Virus record (IMG/VR): IMGVR_UViG_3300036966_000119
Span: 108,577 to 172,576 of that record
DNA from: a virus
Taxonomy: Duplodnaviria; Caudoviricetes
DNA: 64,000 nucleotides
Reading direction: 5' to 3' (one strand)
Below the pieces are notes generated by a model. The model was not told the origin of the DNA, made no database searches, and worked only from the letters and a program-made list of their open reading frames with translations. Below are positions 39,144 through 49,618 of this stretch, piece after piece. Every line of letters begins with the position of its first letter. Within the stretch, counting starts at the first letter, position 1. The translations under genes were made by a program, and so were the position numbers.

Positions 39144-39980
39144 ATGATAAAAATCCCGAATAACATGCTCGAGGAATTCAAAGGTCGTTTCAATACACAT
39201 AAAGTGAATATAGCAGCATGTAACATCTATTACAAAACAATGATATTACTCAATAAGAAAGCAAAGATGATAGAGAAAAAGAATCAGCTTATGATTACAA
39301 GAGAGATATATGAGTCTGATTTCTTAAATGCTTTAAGTGATATCGAACTTGTTACTCCACCAACTGATGCTTTTATACCCGGAGATGGTGAGAATGAACT
39401 AATGACCATCAACCAGTTAGCTGCAGAATATATAGAGATTACAAAGCGCATGCCCGTATCTCTTATAGAAGAAACATATGGCCCTACGAATGCATTGGTG
39501 ATCCTTCTTAAGAAAGATCCAAAGAATGTTGATAAATTCCATGATGACTTGTTCTTATACTTCATGCTGTACAAGTATCTTGATCAGATTGATATTATAA
39601 GACTTAATACATTTTCAAACTACACACCAATCATCGAATATATCGTTAACAATATAACTCTTGATGATTGGAAGAGTTACGTCAGAACCAACAGGATTAA
39701 CGAAAAGAAGTATGCTGAGAAATGTGAAGACATACTGTTCAATCCGGACATAGCTTCTGTATCTAAGTATTACAAGAACTCCACAGATCCAGATGTACCA
39801 AATCTCGATATCGTTAATCTTATCGAAAGACTTGTATCTAACACTGTTCTGAAAAATGATATTATACTGATACTCGGTGTATATCTCGTAATATCATTCG
39901 CTATGTCTGATTTTAATAATAAAAAGGCTAAAGATTCACCATGTGCAAAATATGTACGTGATGTTCTATCTAAAATCTAA
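39144..39980 (+). CDS. Hypothetical protein
   Basis: 278 aa, GGAGGT RBS. Confidence 0.8.
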   Translation: MIKIPNNMLEEFKGRFNTHKVNIAACNIYYKTMILLNKKAKMIEKKNQLMITREIYESDFLNALSDIELVTPPTDAFIPGDGENELMTINQLAAEYIEITKRMPVSLIEETYGPTNALVILLKKDPKNVDKFHDDLFLYFMLYKYLDQIDIIRLNTFSNYTPIIEYIVNNITLDDWKSYVRTNRINEKKYAEKCEDILFNPDIASVSKYYKNSTDPDVPNLDIVNLIERLVSNTVLKNDIILILGVYLVISFAMSDFNNKKAKDSPCAKYVRDVLSKI

Positions 39981-40002
39981 AATCTAAAATATAAAAATTC
40001 GA

Positions 40003-40020
40003 ACATATATAATTCTCCCG
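40003..40020 (+). promoter_or_regulatory. Putative early-type promoter
   Basis: ACATATATAATTCTCCCG upstream of the RNAP beta subunit. Confidence 0.55.
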
Positions 40021-40070
40021 AAAGGAGGATCTGTTGTTAAAATCTAATATAGTAGGAGTGATATAAGATA

Positions 40071-42365
40071 ATGGAACAGAAAGAGATCAATAATGTAAAC
40101 AACAAAATCAGACGTCGTCGTGGTACGATGAACACTGCATCCGAAATCGATAAACGTGCAGAAGAAGTATCACCAATGTCTTTGTTTGGTGCATCAGCAA
40201 TGGTGTTTCCGGACAAGATATCTACCATTCGTGGTGTTATGGGTACACGTCATACATCACAACGTGTTGTTTTAATCAATCCTGAATTCCCCCGTTTGTA
40301 TACCGGTGCTGAAAATGAATTCGGTGACAGATCGTCTTGGAACATCAAGACACCAGATGATTGTGAACTGGTACGAACCTTTAGGAAGTTCAAGGATTCC
40401 GCAATATCACCAATTGCGTATATCTTTAAAAATCTGAGGACTGGTAAATATTCGTGTCATGTTGTAAAGCCATGTCACCATCTCGTTGAGAAATACGGTT
40501 TCCGTATGAACAATGCGATTCATGGTAAATACAATGACGGAGATATCTTACCAAAAGGAACCACAATTGCACAATCTTCATCATATGTAAATGATAACTA
40601 TTGTGCTGGTAGAAATCTCAGAATGATATACACAGTACTTCCGGAGCTCACAGAGGATGCTCTTGTTATTTCAGACAGAGCAGCAAAGGCATTGGAATAT
40701 GACATGGTCGATATTGTAACTGTCAATATCAAACAAAGTTCTTTCCTTCTGAATAAATACGGAAATGAACAACTGTACAAACCTTTCCCGAATATAGGAG
40801 AGGAAATACAGGATGACATTCTCTGTTCTATCAGAGAAAACTCCTATTTATCATCTGCATCAGAAGCACTGATTCCTCATATCAATGATACCAACTACTG
40901 TTCACATGGTATCGTAGTTGATATGGATATATATTCCAACGTCGATGTTGAGAATGATCAGTATAACTATTATCTCGGTCAGATACGTGACTGGTATTCT
41001 GACATTTATGCTTTCATCTCAACTATCGTAGATGATCCCTATCAGGACGACACATCTCTGTTGGATATCTATCATCAGGCCGAAAAATACTTAAACAATT
41101 CAAAGTGGGTAACCAAAGAAGATATTGTTGATACTGTAATAAAGTTCACAATACTTCAGCCAAAGGAAATCCATGTTGGACAGAAGGTTGTTGGTCGTTA
41201 TGGTAACAAGTCTGTTATTGCGAAGATTATTCCATGGCAGCTTATGCCAAGAACCGTTGAGTATGATGAAGATGGTAAACCAATCCCTGGCACGGAAGAA
41301 CCAATCGATATGTTGTGTAATGCACTTGCTGTTCCAAACAGAATCATTGCATTTGCAACATATGAATCAACTATGACATTCATGATGGAAAGAATGTGGC
41401 AGCATGTTCTTGACCTTGATGAAAAGAAGGTTCCACATGATGAAATCATGAACACTGCAATCGACTTTGTTGAAACTTTCAATCCTCAGCAGGGTGGAGA
41501 ATTGAGACGTATCTACAATGAAGCTCCAAATGAAACATATGCAGATCTTATTAAAAATGGATTCTATATTCAGATCCAGCCACTCAATGAGAAATGTGTA
41601 CGTGACTCAATTCTTGAGGCTTACGAGAAATGGCCTAAGATTATGAGATACTACAAGATTCAGTCAAAGCTTCGTCACAGATGGGTCGATATTGGTGGAA
41701 CATATCCAGTGGGTTACCAGTACACATGGGTTCTTAAACAGGAACCTTCAAAGGCTATGTCTACTGTTGCTACAGGTAGAACAACTCTCTATGATCAGCC
41801 TGTTAAGACCAGAAGATATAACAAGAATCTTATTCCTTATTCTGACAACCCTATCAAGTATGGTGAATATGATACCTACAACTTCCTTGCAGGTATGGGT
41901 GTTAAAGCCTTCTCTAAGATATCCACATACTATCGTGGTTCTCAGTATGAAGAAAACTCAATACTCATGTCACATCTCAATGGCATTGGTATTGATACTT
42001 CGAAATACAATCAATTTCCACAACTTGATAATTTAAAGAACATATTAAAGCTGTTAGGCACTGAACTCCAGACTGATTTATATTGGTATGATACCATCGG
42101 TAATGTCGATGAAATACATGACGTAAAGATCGGTAATGTGGATGTTCCGATTTCTATACCGGACCTTCACTATATGCTTATTATGCATTCATACTATTTA
42201 CAGTATGCTGCATACAAGCAGGGATCATTCGATATGATAGATTTCTTTGCTCAGATGAGTAATACCAATACCTTTATAGGATTAAGCCAGGAGTACATTG
42301 ACTATCTCTTCAATAAGTTCATCAACCTTCTGCCCGTATTACAGCAGAGAAAACAGTATAACTAA
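40071..42365 (+). CDS. rpoB: Phage multisubunit RNA polymerase beta-like subunit, C-terminal part (probably non-virion RNAP)
   Basis: GRNL, EDALVIS, VGQKVVGRYGNKSVIAKIIP..MP, NALAVPNR, PIKYGEYD correspond to conserved beta regions F-I. Confidence 0.9.
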   Translation: MEQKEINNVNNKIRRRRGTMNTASEIDKRAEEVSPMSLFGASAMVFPDKISTIRGVMGTRHTSQRVVLINPEFPRLYTGAENEFGDRSSWNIKTPDDCELVRTFRKFKDSAISPIAYIFKNLRTGKYSCHVVKPCHHLVEKYGFRMNNAIHGKYNDGDILPKGTTIAQSSSYVNDNYCAGRNLRMIYTVLPELTEDALVISDRAAKALEYDMVDIVTVNIKQSSFLLNKYGNEQLYKPFPNIGEEIQDDILCSIRENSYLSSASEALIPHINDTNYCSHGIVVDMDIYSNVDVENDQYNYYLGQIRDWYSDIYAFISTIVDDPYQDDTSLLDIYHQAEKYLNNSKWVTKEDIVDTVIKFTILQPKEIHVGQKVVGRYGNKSVIAKIIPWQLMPRTVEYDEDGKPIPGTEEPIDMLCNALAVPNRIIAFATYESTMTFMMERMWQHVLDLDEKKVPHDEIMNTAIDFVETFNPQQGGELRRIYNEAPNETYADLIKNGFYIQIQPLNEKCVRDSILEAYEKWPKIMRYYKIQSKLRHRWVDIGGTYPVGYQYTWVLKQEPSKAMSTVATGRTTLYDQPVKTRRYNKNLIPYSDNPIKYGEYDTYNFLAGMGVKAFSKISTYYRGSQYEENSILMSHLNGIGIDTSKYNQFPQLDNLKNILKLLGTELQTDLYWYDTIGNVDEIHDVKIGNVDVPISIPDLHYMLIMHSYYLQYAAYKQGSFDMIDFFAQMSNTNTFIGLSQEYIDYLFNKFINLLPVLQQRKQYN

Positions 42366-42390
42366 TGTAACTTTAACTGTATGAGGGTAT

Positions 42391-42409
42391 CCGGGGCCAT
42401 GTGCCCCGG
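42391..42409 (+). terminator. Intrinsic terminator
   Basis: CCGGGGC-CATGT-GCCCCGG with extended stem and T-rich tail. Confidence 0.8.
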
Positions 42410-42447
42410 TTACTCTTAATATTTTTTTATTAGAAAGGAGAAAGGAA

Positions 42448-44655
42448 ATGTCCAATATAGTCCGAATAGATGACCATAAAGGACAACCACATTACTACGA
42501 CTTTGGAACAAAGAATGGTTCTTTTTTGTTAACTGCAAAAGAGTTAAAAGAACTTGGATACAAGAATTGGTATTTCATGTTAGAAGTAAAATATCCAAAT
42601 CTTAAAGTACAAGATATGGATCCATATGATCCCAATATAACTCCTGAGGACATAGGAAAATTACTTGTTGAATGCAAGCATAACCCATGGTTCTTTTTTA
42701 GAGAAGTATTACTCATTCCTGTTCGTGGTGCTGGTTCTGTTCCTTTATATTTACACCGAGCCGGTTTGGCTGCTATCTGGTGTTGGTTCCATAGTATTGA
42801 CTTTGAATTAGTACAGCCTCGTCAGACTTATAAGACAACAGTTATTACTGGAATAATGGCATATAACTTATTATTCGAATACCGAAACTGTGATATTCCT
42901 TATATGCATAAAACAGAAAAAAGATGTATTGATAACGTTGGTATTCTTCGTGATTATATCATGGCTTTACCAAAATACTTGAATCCATGGGCAAATGATA
43001 AACATCCACCAGGATTACAATCAATGAAGTATGAAGCTCATAATGTTAATATCGCAGTTTTGTCTGCTGCTAAATCTGATTCTGCTGCTCCTGATAAGAC
43101 TCGTGGATATTCACTGTTTACATGGTTTGCAGATGAGTGTGAATTCATACCTTTCATGAAGCAAGTCCTTGATGGTGCGAACCCTACAATCGTTCAAGCA
43201 AGAATTACTGCTCAGCAACAAGGTCTTCGTGCATGTATGATGTATGCATCTACCCCAGGAGACTTGGAAACAGATGCAGGTAAAGAATGGCAAACCATTC
43301 TTGATAGTATGCCACACTTCGATGAATCATTCTATGATTTAACCGAAGAAGAAATTATCAAGATGAAATCATTTCCCGGACCCAATGATCCGGATCAAGA
43401 CAGAGTCCCTGTAACCATGTTGTACATCGAGTTTAATCATGTGCAATTACGTAAGGATGGATTATATCTTAGAGAACAATACACCGAAGCTGTTAAGAAA
43501 CATACTCTTGGTGAGTATCGTCGAGGCGTATTACTTCAGAGATTCCGTGGTGGTGAAGGAGCATTCTTCAAACAGGAAGACATCGATTACATCGATAATC
43601 ATACTCGTGAACCTGATTATGATATATACTTAATGAAAAAATATCATTTGTATGTTTATAAACATAATATCCAGGTTCCTGATTTAACTTCTGATACACC
43701 ATACTTCGATATGAATATACCATACTTCATAGGCATCGACTGTGCTACTGGTAAGGATGGAGATAATACGGCAATATGTATACTCAATCCATATACACTG
43801 GAAGTTGTTGGTGAATTGTTATCACCATTAATGGGTGGATTAGATTTGATGAGAACAGTTACAATACTTGCAAAGTTGATACCTCGTGGATTGTTCTGTT
43901 TGGAATCAAATATGACAGGTGTTGATATCATTGACTTCGTTCAGGAATCACGTCTTGAAGAAAGATTCTATCATGATCCTCGTGCTTCTGAGATAACCAA
44001 GAATGTTACTAATCCAAATACAACAACAGAATTCAAGTTAAAACAAAAGGCTCATGCTAAACGTTATTATGGTACTACTGTTGGTGATAAGGTTAGAAAG
44101 ACAATGTTCAATATCTTGAGAGATACTTTACATGATTACAGACATTTGATATATACCAAGTATCTTGTACATGATATCTGTAACCTTGTTCAAAATAAAC
44201 GAACCGGTAAGATTGAAGCAGCATCTGGTGAACACGATGATATGGTAATGGCATATCTTCATACATTGTATATTCTTAAATATGGATATGAGCTTGAGAG
44301 ATTTGGTGTGAACAAAAATCTATGCACCTACTCAAAAGCTACTGAAATAATGAGAGAATTCGAAGAATCAGTGATTGAAGATCATATCGATAATACCGCT
44401 GGTCTGCAACAAGGATCATTTGAAGCCCAGTTGTATAATGATATAACATCACAGGTTAGAGAAGAATTTTCTAATCCGGGTGGTTATGATGATTATGGTT
44501 ACAAACATAATCAATACCAACAGTATGGTCAATTACAACAAGCACCTGTTGCTCATTCTACTGCAGCTAATCTTGCTTTCTTCCGTGAAGTAAATGATAC
44601 TGCCAATGGTTTTGGTGGTTATGGAGGAAACAATGGTTTCTTTGGTATATATTAA
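42448..44655 (+). CDS. terL: Terminase large subunit
   Basis: QPRQTYKTT (Walker A), WFADECEF (Walker B), ASTPG, nuclease IGIDCATG.DGD and HDDMVMA. Confidence 0.9.
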   Translation: MSNIVRIDDHKGQPHYYDFGTKNGSFLLTAKELKELGYKNWYFMLEVKYPNLKVQDMDPYDPNITPEDIGKLLVECKHNPWFFFREVLLIPVRGAGSVPLYLHRAGLAAIWCWFHSIDFELVQPRQTYKTTVITGIMAYNLLFEYRNCDIPYMHKTEKRCIDNVGILRDYIMALPKYLNPWANDKHPPGLQSMKYEAHNVNIAVLSAAKSDSAAPDKTRGYSLFTWFADECEFIPFMKQVLDGANPTIVQARITAQQQGLRACMMYASTPGDLETDAGKEWQTILDSMPHFDESFYDLTEEEIIKMKSFPGPNDPDQDRVPVTMLYIEFNHVQLRKDGLYLREQYTEAVKKHTLGEYRRGVLLQRFRGGEGAFFKQEDIDYIDNHTREPDYDIYLMKKYHLYVYKHNIQVPDLTSDTPYFDMNIPYFIGIDCATGKDGDNTAICILNPYTLEVVGELLSPLMGGLDLMRTVTILAKLIPRGLFCLESNMTGVDIIDFVQESRLEERFYHDPRASEITKNVTNPNTTTEFKLKQKAHAKRYYGTTVGDKVRKTMFNILRDTLHDYRHLIYTKYLVHDICNLVQNKRTGKIEAASGEHDDMVMAYLHTLYILKYGYELERFGVNKNLCTYSKATEIMREFEESVIEDHIDNTAGLQQGSFEAQLYNDITSQVREEFSNPGGYDDYGYKHNQYQQYGQLQQAPVAHSTAANLAFFREVNDTANGFGGYGGNNGFFGIY

Positions 44656-44668
44656 ATAAAAAAAAAAT

Positions 44669-44689
44669 ACGGCCCCGTAATGGGGCCGT
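44669..44689. terminator. Bidirectional terminator
   Basis: ACGGCCCC-GTAAT-GGGGCCGT flanked by A and T runs. Confidence 0.85.
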
Positions 44690-44698
44690 TTATATTAT

Positions 44699-45781
44699 TT
44701 ACTTATTTTTTAACGCAGCTTCGACGATACCTTTTCCAACTTTCTTCTGTTTTACGTTTAGAATAAGTTTGTCGGATGGTACAATGTCAGTTCCATACTC
44801 CTTCTGTATTTTGTCTTTTATTACCGAGGCTGGTGCCATCGTTCCATCCTCGTTGAACATGTAATTTGTTATTGGGATTATAAGATCCCTATCAGTCATT
44901 CTTTGTCCCGATAAATATTTCTCGTTGAATACCTCCATTCCCTGTTTGATTCCAGACTGGAGAGTGACCTCATATGGATCACCGATCGGCTTCTGATTTG
45001 TTTCTTTATGTTCAACCACTGGAATTACCTTTTTGCCCGGGCCGACATAGAAATATTTGCCGGATATTTTTGAATAATTTCCTGCGAGTATTGAGCGTAC
45101 CCCAGCAACAGAAATTTTCATTTCTCCAGCGATTTTACTGGGAATCGCTGTTATCGGTACCTCGGCTACAGCATATAATGCAATCTTCTCCGAAACAGCC
45201 ACCACAGTATAGTCGTCGAGCCTACCGCCGTTTACGTGATTCCTGGTAATCTCCAGGTTTTCATAACGGCAATTTGATTTGTCGTCGTTTTTGTACTTGA
45301 TGACTTTTCCTTTGGGTATAGTTTCTCCGGAACAACATTCGTATACGACTCTGGATACCATATGCTTGTGTTTTCCATTTGTGAATTTCAGATATCCGCT
45401 TTCATTAATGGGTTTTATCCTTTCACCGTCTTTAATGATTATACCTTCTTCATTGGCATATATGTTGTCATACACCGGATGTTTGTGGAACCCTTCAGGA
45501 ATTGTGAAAACCTTAGGTTTCTTGTGATATGCTCTCTTGGCTGTCTTAGTCTTAGTCTTAGCTGCAGTCTCTGTAGGAACTTCAACCTTTGATTCTTCGT
45601 TTGAGTTCTTTTTGTATTCCTCGAATTCAAACATTGTTCCAAGCACCTTGTAGAGAAACTCAGCATTCTTCTTAAATTCGGGGTCAAGAACCCCTAACGC
45701 TGATATCTGCTCTACAGTCAGATCCAGAGCGGCCTCTTTAACTCCAGCAACCTTCTCAGCAAAATCAATAAATTTTTTCAT
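44699..45781 (-). CDS. Early protein with a degenerate HNH-endonuclease-like domain
   Basis: GYLKF..HMVSRVVYEC..IPKGKVIKYKNDDKSNCRYENLE: HNH_3 pattern with the His residues replaced. Confidence 0.65.
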   Translation of the reverse strand: MKKFIDFAEKVAGVKEAALDLTVEQISALGVLDPEFKKNAEFLYKVLGTMFEFEEYKKNSNEESKVEVPTETAAKTKTKTAKRAYHKKPKVFTIPEGFHKHPVYDNIYANEEGIIIKDGERIKPINESGYLKFTNGKHKHMVSRVVYECCSGETIPKGKVIKYKNDDKSNCRYENLEITRNHVNGGRLDDYTVVAVSEKIALYAVAEVPITAIPSKIAGEMKISVAGVRSILAGNYSKISGKYFYVGPGKKVIPVVEHKETNQKPIGDPYEVTLQSGIKQGMEVFNEKYLSGQRMTDRDLIIPITNYMFNEDGTMAPASVIKDKIQKEYGTDIVPSDKLILNVKQKKVGKGIVEAALKNK

Positions 45782-45848
45782 AGAGTACTCCTTTTCTGAA
45801 TAAAGATGTGATTTGAAACGTTAATAGATTTCGTTTCTATTCTTTATT

Positions 45849-45866
45849 CATATTAACAATATATAT
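45849..45866 (-). promoter_or_regulatory. Putative early phage promoter
   Basis: ATATATATTGTTAATATG. Confidence 0.75.
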
Positions 45867-45890
45867 TTGAAACATAAGAATCTTAGAATC

Positions 45891-45912
45891 GAGTGGGCCC
45901 GAAGGCCCACTC
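45891..45912 (-). terminator. Terminator hairpin (UUCG loop on the minus strand)
   Basis: GAGTGGGCC-TTCG-GGCCCACTC. Confidence 0.8.
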
Positions 45913-45947
45913 TATCCAAGGAGGTATACAAATGCAGAAAGTTTTCA

Positions 45948-47666
45948 TTAAGAATTTAAATACTCAATAGCTTCAATTAAATCGAGTAATTCATTTGCTT
46001 GTTCTTGTGTGAAATCACTTGATGGTGTATTATTATTTTTATCATCACTACCAAGTGTGATTTTTACAACACCCGGTTGTGTTTTAACCTTTTTCAGTGT
46101 GAATGGTCCTATGTCTGAATATTTTCCAAGATTATCATGTATATCTTGTTCAGGAGCATTGTACACATTGAAGAATATCTCATTATCTTCTGGCTGTAAG
46201 TCTTTCGATAAACCAGATGCAGCTTTTTGTGAAATGTACATTAATTTTGATAAGAAATCTCTGTTAATTATGATACCAGACGGGTTATCGTCAGTTGATT
46301 CGGTTGGTATCATCATATGTTCAGCACATTTTGCAAGAAAATCCTTTGAGCTATTTCTTATGAATTGTGTCATTTTTGAAAATTCTTCCGGTGATTTGAA
46401 TATAAATGCGTAATTTTCATTTGTGTCTCTATGAACATATCCATCAGTACCTTTGACATTATGATTATTAAATCTTGGCATTAATACAAACCAATCATTT
46501 CCAATATGACCCCATGCAGGTTTGATAACAATTCCATCTGAAAATAAATCACTTATTATTTTACCAGTTTTTCCAAGGTTATCAAATGATACCCGAGATG
46601 GTTCTATTTTGTTAGTTTTCTGCCATGGTCTATCTATCGCCGAAAATTGGAATCCTAATGCACTTGATTCATATGAACAATATGTGACAAGAGCAGATAA
46701 ATATCCGAAATTATAAGTCGTCCATCCACCTTCCTTATAGAATTCTGAAGAACCAAATACTTCAATTGATGAGTTTAATGTTGAAATAAAATAACTCGTT
46801 CTCGACATAAATTGATTGAATTCATTTACCCATATACTCAATTCACTGTTCAATTCATTAGCAGCATCGTTGTATTTATCTTTTGAACTTTCAAGTGGAC
46901 GATTGTCACCGAAATTCCTCATAATTTTTAATGTGTCACTTATTTTATCAATGCTGGTAGATAATTGCTTAAGTTCTTTCATCAATTGTTGTACTGTATA
47001 AACATTGCCATCATTACTGATATTCATTGTTGTATTTGGTTTAACTGCATTACTTAAAGATTCGGAAGCTTTCTTAAGTTTCTTTATTATTGACTTATAA
47101 TCTTTTTCAAATGCGGATGCATTTGATGTTGAATACAGTTTTGACACATCATTTGAAACTTCAACAGAACTCCTTAATGATTCTATCATATTTGGTATAT
47201 CATATACGATAGCAACACCAATTTCACCGGTGGTATCTTCTTCGAATGTTAATATATTCTTTTTATGTTTATCATATATGATATAACCAGCAGCTGAAGC
47301 AGCGGCAGTTACACCGACCGCTGCTAATGCTCCTATGATCTTTTTCTGTTGATTCTTATCATCTTTAGAACCAGTGATCACATTTTTGACATTATCAACA
47401 ATCTCATTTGGTTTCTTATTAAATAATTTATCGAGTTTACTTTTGATGAATTGAATAAATTTTCTTATCATGTCAGGTATGAAGAATATAATCTTCTCGA
47501 GAGTTGTTTTACGTTTAGGAGCATCTCCTTCTTGTATAATATAATCACTCTCAAGATACAATCCTTCATTTTCCATTGTAAATATTTTACAATATTCAGA
47601 GAATATTGCCATTGCAGTATCATATTCTGAGTTAGTAACAGCCTCATCTATAAGTTCAAACATCAC
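45948..47666 (-). CDS. Probable internal head/virion protein with acidic propeptide and hydrophobic segment
   Basis: N-terminal FTME, YLES, IIQEG; amphipathic LEKIIFFIPDMIRKFIQFIK; IIGALAAVGVTAAASAAGYII. Confidence 0.55.
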   Translation of the reverse strand: MMFELIDEAVTNSEYDTAMAIFSEYCKIFTMENEGLYLESDYIIQEGDAPKRKTTLEKIIFFIPDMIRKFIQFIKSKLDKLFNKKPNEIVDNVKNVITGSKDDKNQQKKIIGALAAVGVTAAASAAGYIIYDKHKKNILTFEEDTTGEIGVAIVYDIPNMIESLRSSVEVSNDVSKLYSTSNASAFEKDYKSIIKKLKKASESLSNAVKPNTTMNISNDGNVYTVQQLMKELKQLSTSIDKISDTLKIMRNFGDNRPLESSKDKYNDAANELNSELSIWVNEFNQFMSRTSYFISTLNSSIEVFGSSEFYKEGGWTTYNFGYLSALVTYCSYESSALGFQFSAIDRPWQKTNKIEPSRVSFDNLGKTGKIISDLFSDGIVIKPAWGHIGNDWFVLMPRFNNHNVKGTDGYVHRDTNENYAFIFKSPEEFSKMTQFIRNSSKDFLAKCAEHMMIPTESTDDNPSGIIINRDFLSKLMYISQKAASGLSKDLQPEDNEIFFNVYNAPEQDIHDNLGKYSDIGPFTLKKVKTQPGVVKITLGSDDKNNNTPSSDFTQEQANELLDLIEAIEYLNS

Positions 47667-47677
47667 CGATCACCTCA

Positions 47678-49463
47678 TCAACATTTTATATCGGGGAGTT
47701 GTTTAATTTTATCATGTGCACCCGGATAATACGGAATAAGAGAATGTCTTTTACGTCCCCATGATTCAAACATTCTCGCTTGACGCACATGATCGGTTAT
47801 ATCGAAGTACCAGGTCTCTTTACCTCTATCACGTAATCTACCAAATATCTGTTCTCCTATGATGGGTGAAGAATATTGGTCGAAATTGATAACAGCAGCA
47901 AGATTCTTAACATCTACGCCAGTACCCATTGACAATGATGTTGATAATATGAAGTCAGATTCCATAGCTTGTTTGCGTACAGCCAATGGCATACTACCGT
48001 CGACACCAGAAAAAGAATAATGTGAGAAGAAAGGATCTTTCTTCATTACTTCTATTACTCTTTCTATTATTGATATCAATGGTACAAGGAGAAGAATCTT
48101 TCCATCGTATGTAGTTGTCTTTTTAGCAACTTTCATCATATAAATGAGATTGTTTATGAATGGTACACCTTGTTTGTATTCCATTAACATTCGATAGTAA
48201 GTGGCTTTAATGAGACCCTTACTACCATAACGGAAGTATTGCATACATAAATTGGTTGATGGATAATAGTATATATCCTGGAAAAAGACATTTACATATT
48301 GCTTTTGATACTCTTCATATTTTGGATTACCTATGAATCTATCTGCGTCAGACAATGCTCTATTGAGAATATTGTCTTCTAAGTAGTCGGATCTACCAAG
48401 TGTTGCAGAAAGATACCAATTGTTTGGTATATTACATATAGCATCAAACTTCAGATTTCCCTTAAGATGAAGATGTGCTTCATCAACTACCTTAATGCCG
48501 AATGCTGATCGACGAACAACATCCATCAATCCTTCCCAATCATCACGTAAAGCATTCTCAATAGAAGATATCGTTACAACACATACTTGCTTATCTGGTG
48601 CATCATATATGTTGGTCGCTATATCTGAACGAGGAACACCTACGTCACCAAACTCATCACACCATTGATTCTTCAACAGTGTTGTTGGTACAACTATCAA
48701 CGGTTTCAATTGTAACTTTGAAATCGCATATGTTGCAATGAACGTTTTACCGCGGACGTTCTACCGCCTGGCTATATCATCATCTCTTGAATGTTTAAGA
48801 GATGTCCACCGCTTCGGAGATTATTTATCCCCTAATGTATTAAATCATACAATAGCCGACGAACTTTACCCTATTCGGGTCTTAGCTGCTGATTGCTCAT
48901 TCTTTATAGTATTTAGGATTTAACCTTGTACCATCCCATGGTTTCTTTCTACTTTCGTCGCATTCACGCTTATGCATATTTCATCATTACGTTGTAGCAC
49001 CATAGGCATTAGAGTCATCGTCCCAGCAATTCAATGGAGAGTACTTTACACGCACGTCACCGTACGCGGGTGCCGGTAATAGTTCAACACCAGGTTTTAG
49101 TTCAATCGTAATCTTATGCTTCTTACGATTGGGATCGATCATCATGTTTATACAATCTTCTTGTAACTTTGAACGAGGTTGTCTGTTCATGTTAAGAGTT
49201 ATCCTTTTTGGAGTTATTGGTTGTATAACAGATGGGTGGGGTAATCGTTGAATGTATTGATCATTCAATGTAAGAAATCCAGAAGAAATATAAACAACAT
49301 CATGTTCTTTACCAAAGATAGGTTTCTTTGAGGTATCATTACCAGAATAGATGAAGAATTCTCTTACCGGATTAACCAGAGAAAAATACTGAAGTATCTT
49401 TCTCTTGGTTATATCGTCAGGATTATGTATAATGAGACCGGTTGTGGTTCGTTCAAGTTTCAT
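47678..49463 (-). CDS. SF2 DEAH helicase (UvsW-like), two exons 49463-49087 and 48752-47678, 483 aa spliced
   Basis: Splicing restores Walker A ELKPGVGKT; VVDEAH, LSAT, GTGVD, QIFGRLR; exons total 1452 nt in frame. Confidence 0.9.
48753..49086 (-). mobile_element. Group I self-splicing intron (IA2-like), 334 nt, no homing ORF
   Basis: P AAUUGCUGGGA, Q AAUCAGCAG, P7 GGCUA/UAGCC, P3 UCCAUUG/CGGUGGA, P8 CAUCUCUU/AAGAGAUG, P1 GGUGU/GCACC with U-G, P10 UUACCG/CGGUAA, terminal G. Confidence 0.92.
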
Positions 49464-49474
49464 TATATCACTCC

Positions 49475-49618
49475 TTAATCATCGTCGTCATTTGATGAGC
49501 CGTATATAAAATGCTCCATTGTTGATTGATGTGATGTATCAAGTGATGTATCGTATGCTGATGATGGATGCATTGTATTATATTCCTTATCGTATGCGTC
49601 GTTAGTATCATATCCCAT
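49475..49618 (-). CDS. Small acidic protein (47 aa, not in the ORF track)
   Basis: MGYDTNDAYDKEY...SSNDDDD; TAATG overlap with the portal stop and fills the gap to the helicase RBS. Confidence 0.6.
   Translation of the reverse strand: MGYDTNDAYDKEYNTMHPSSAYDTSLDTSHQSTMEHFIYGSSNDDDD

Noticed and set aside
48738-49086. ORF 48738-48923 and the C-terminal extension of ORF 48987-49463 as proteins
   Set aside because: Both lie within the group I intron sequence and have no homing endonuclease motifs.
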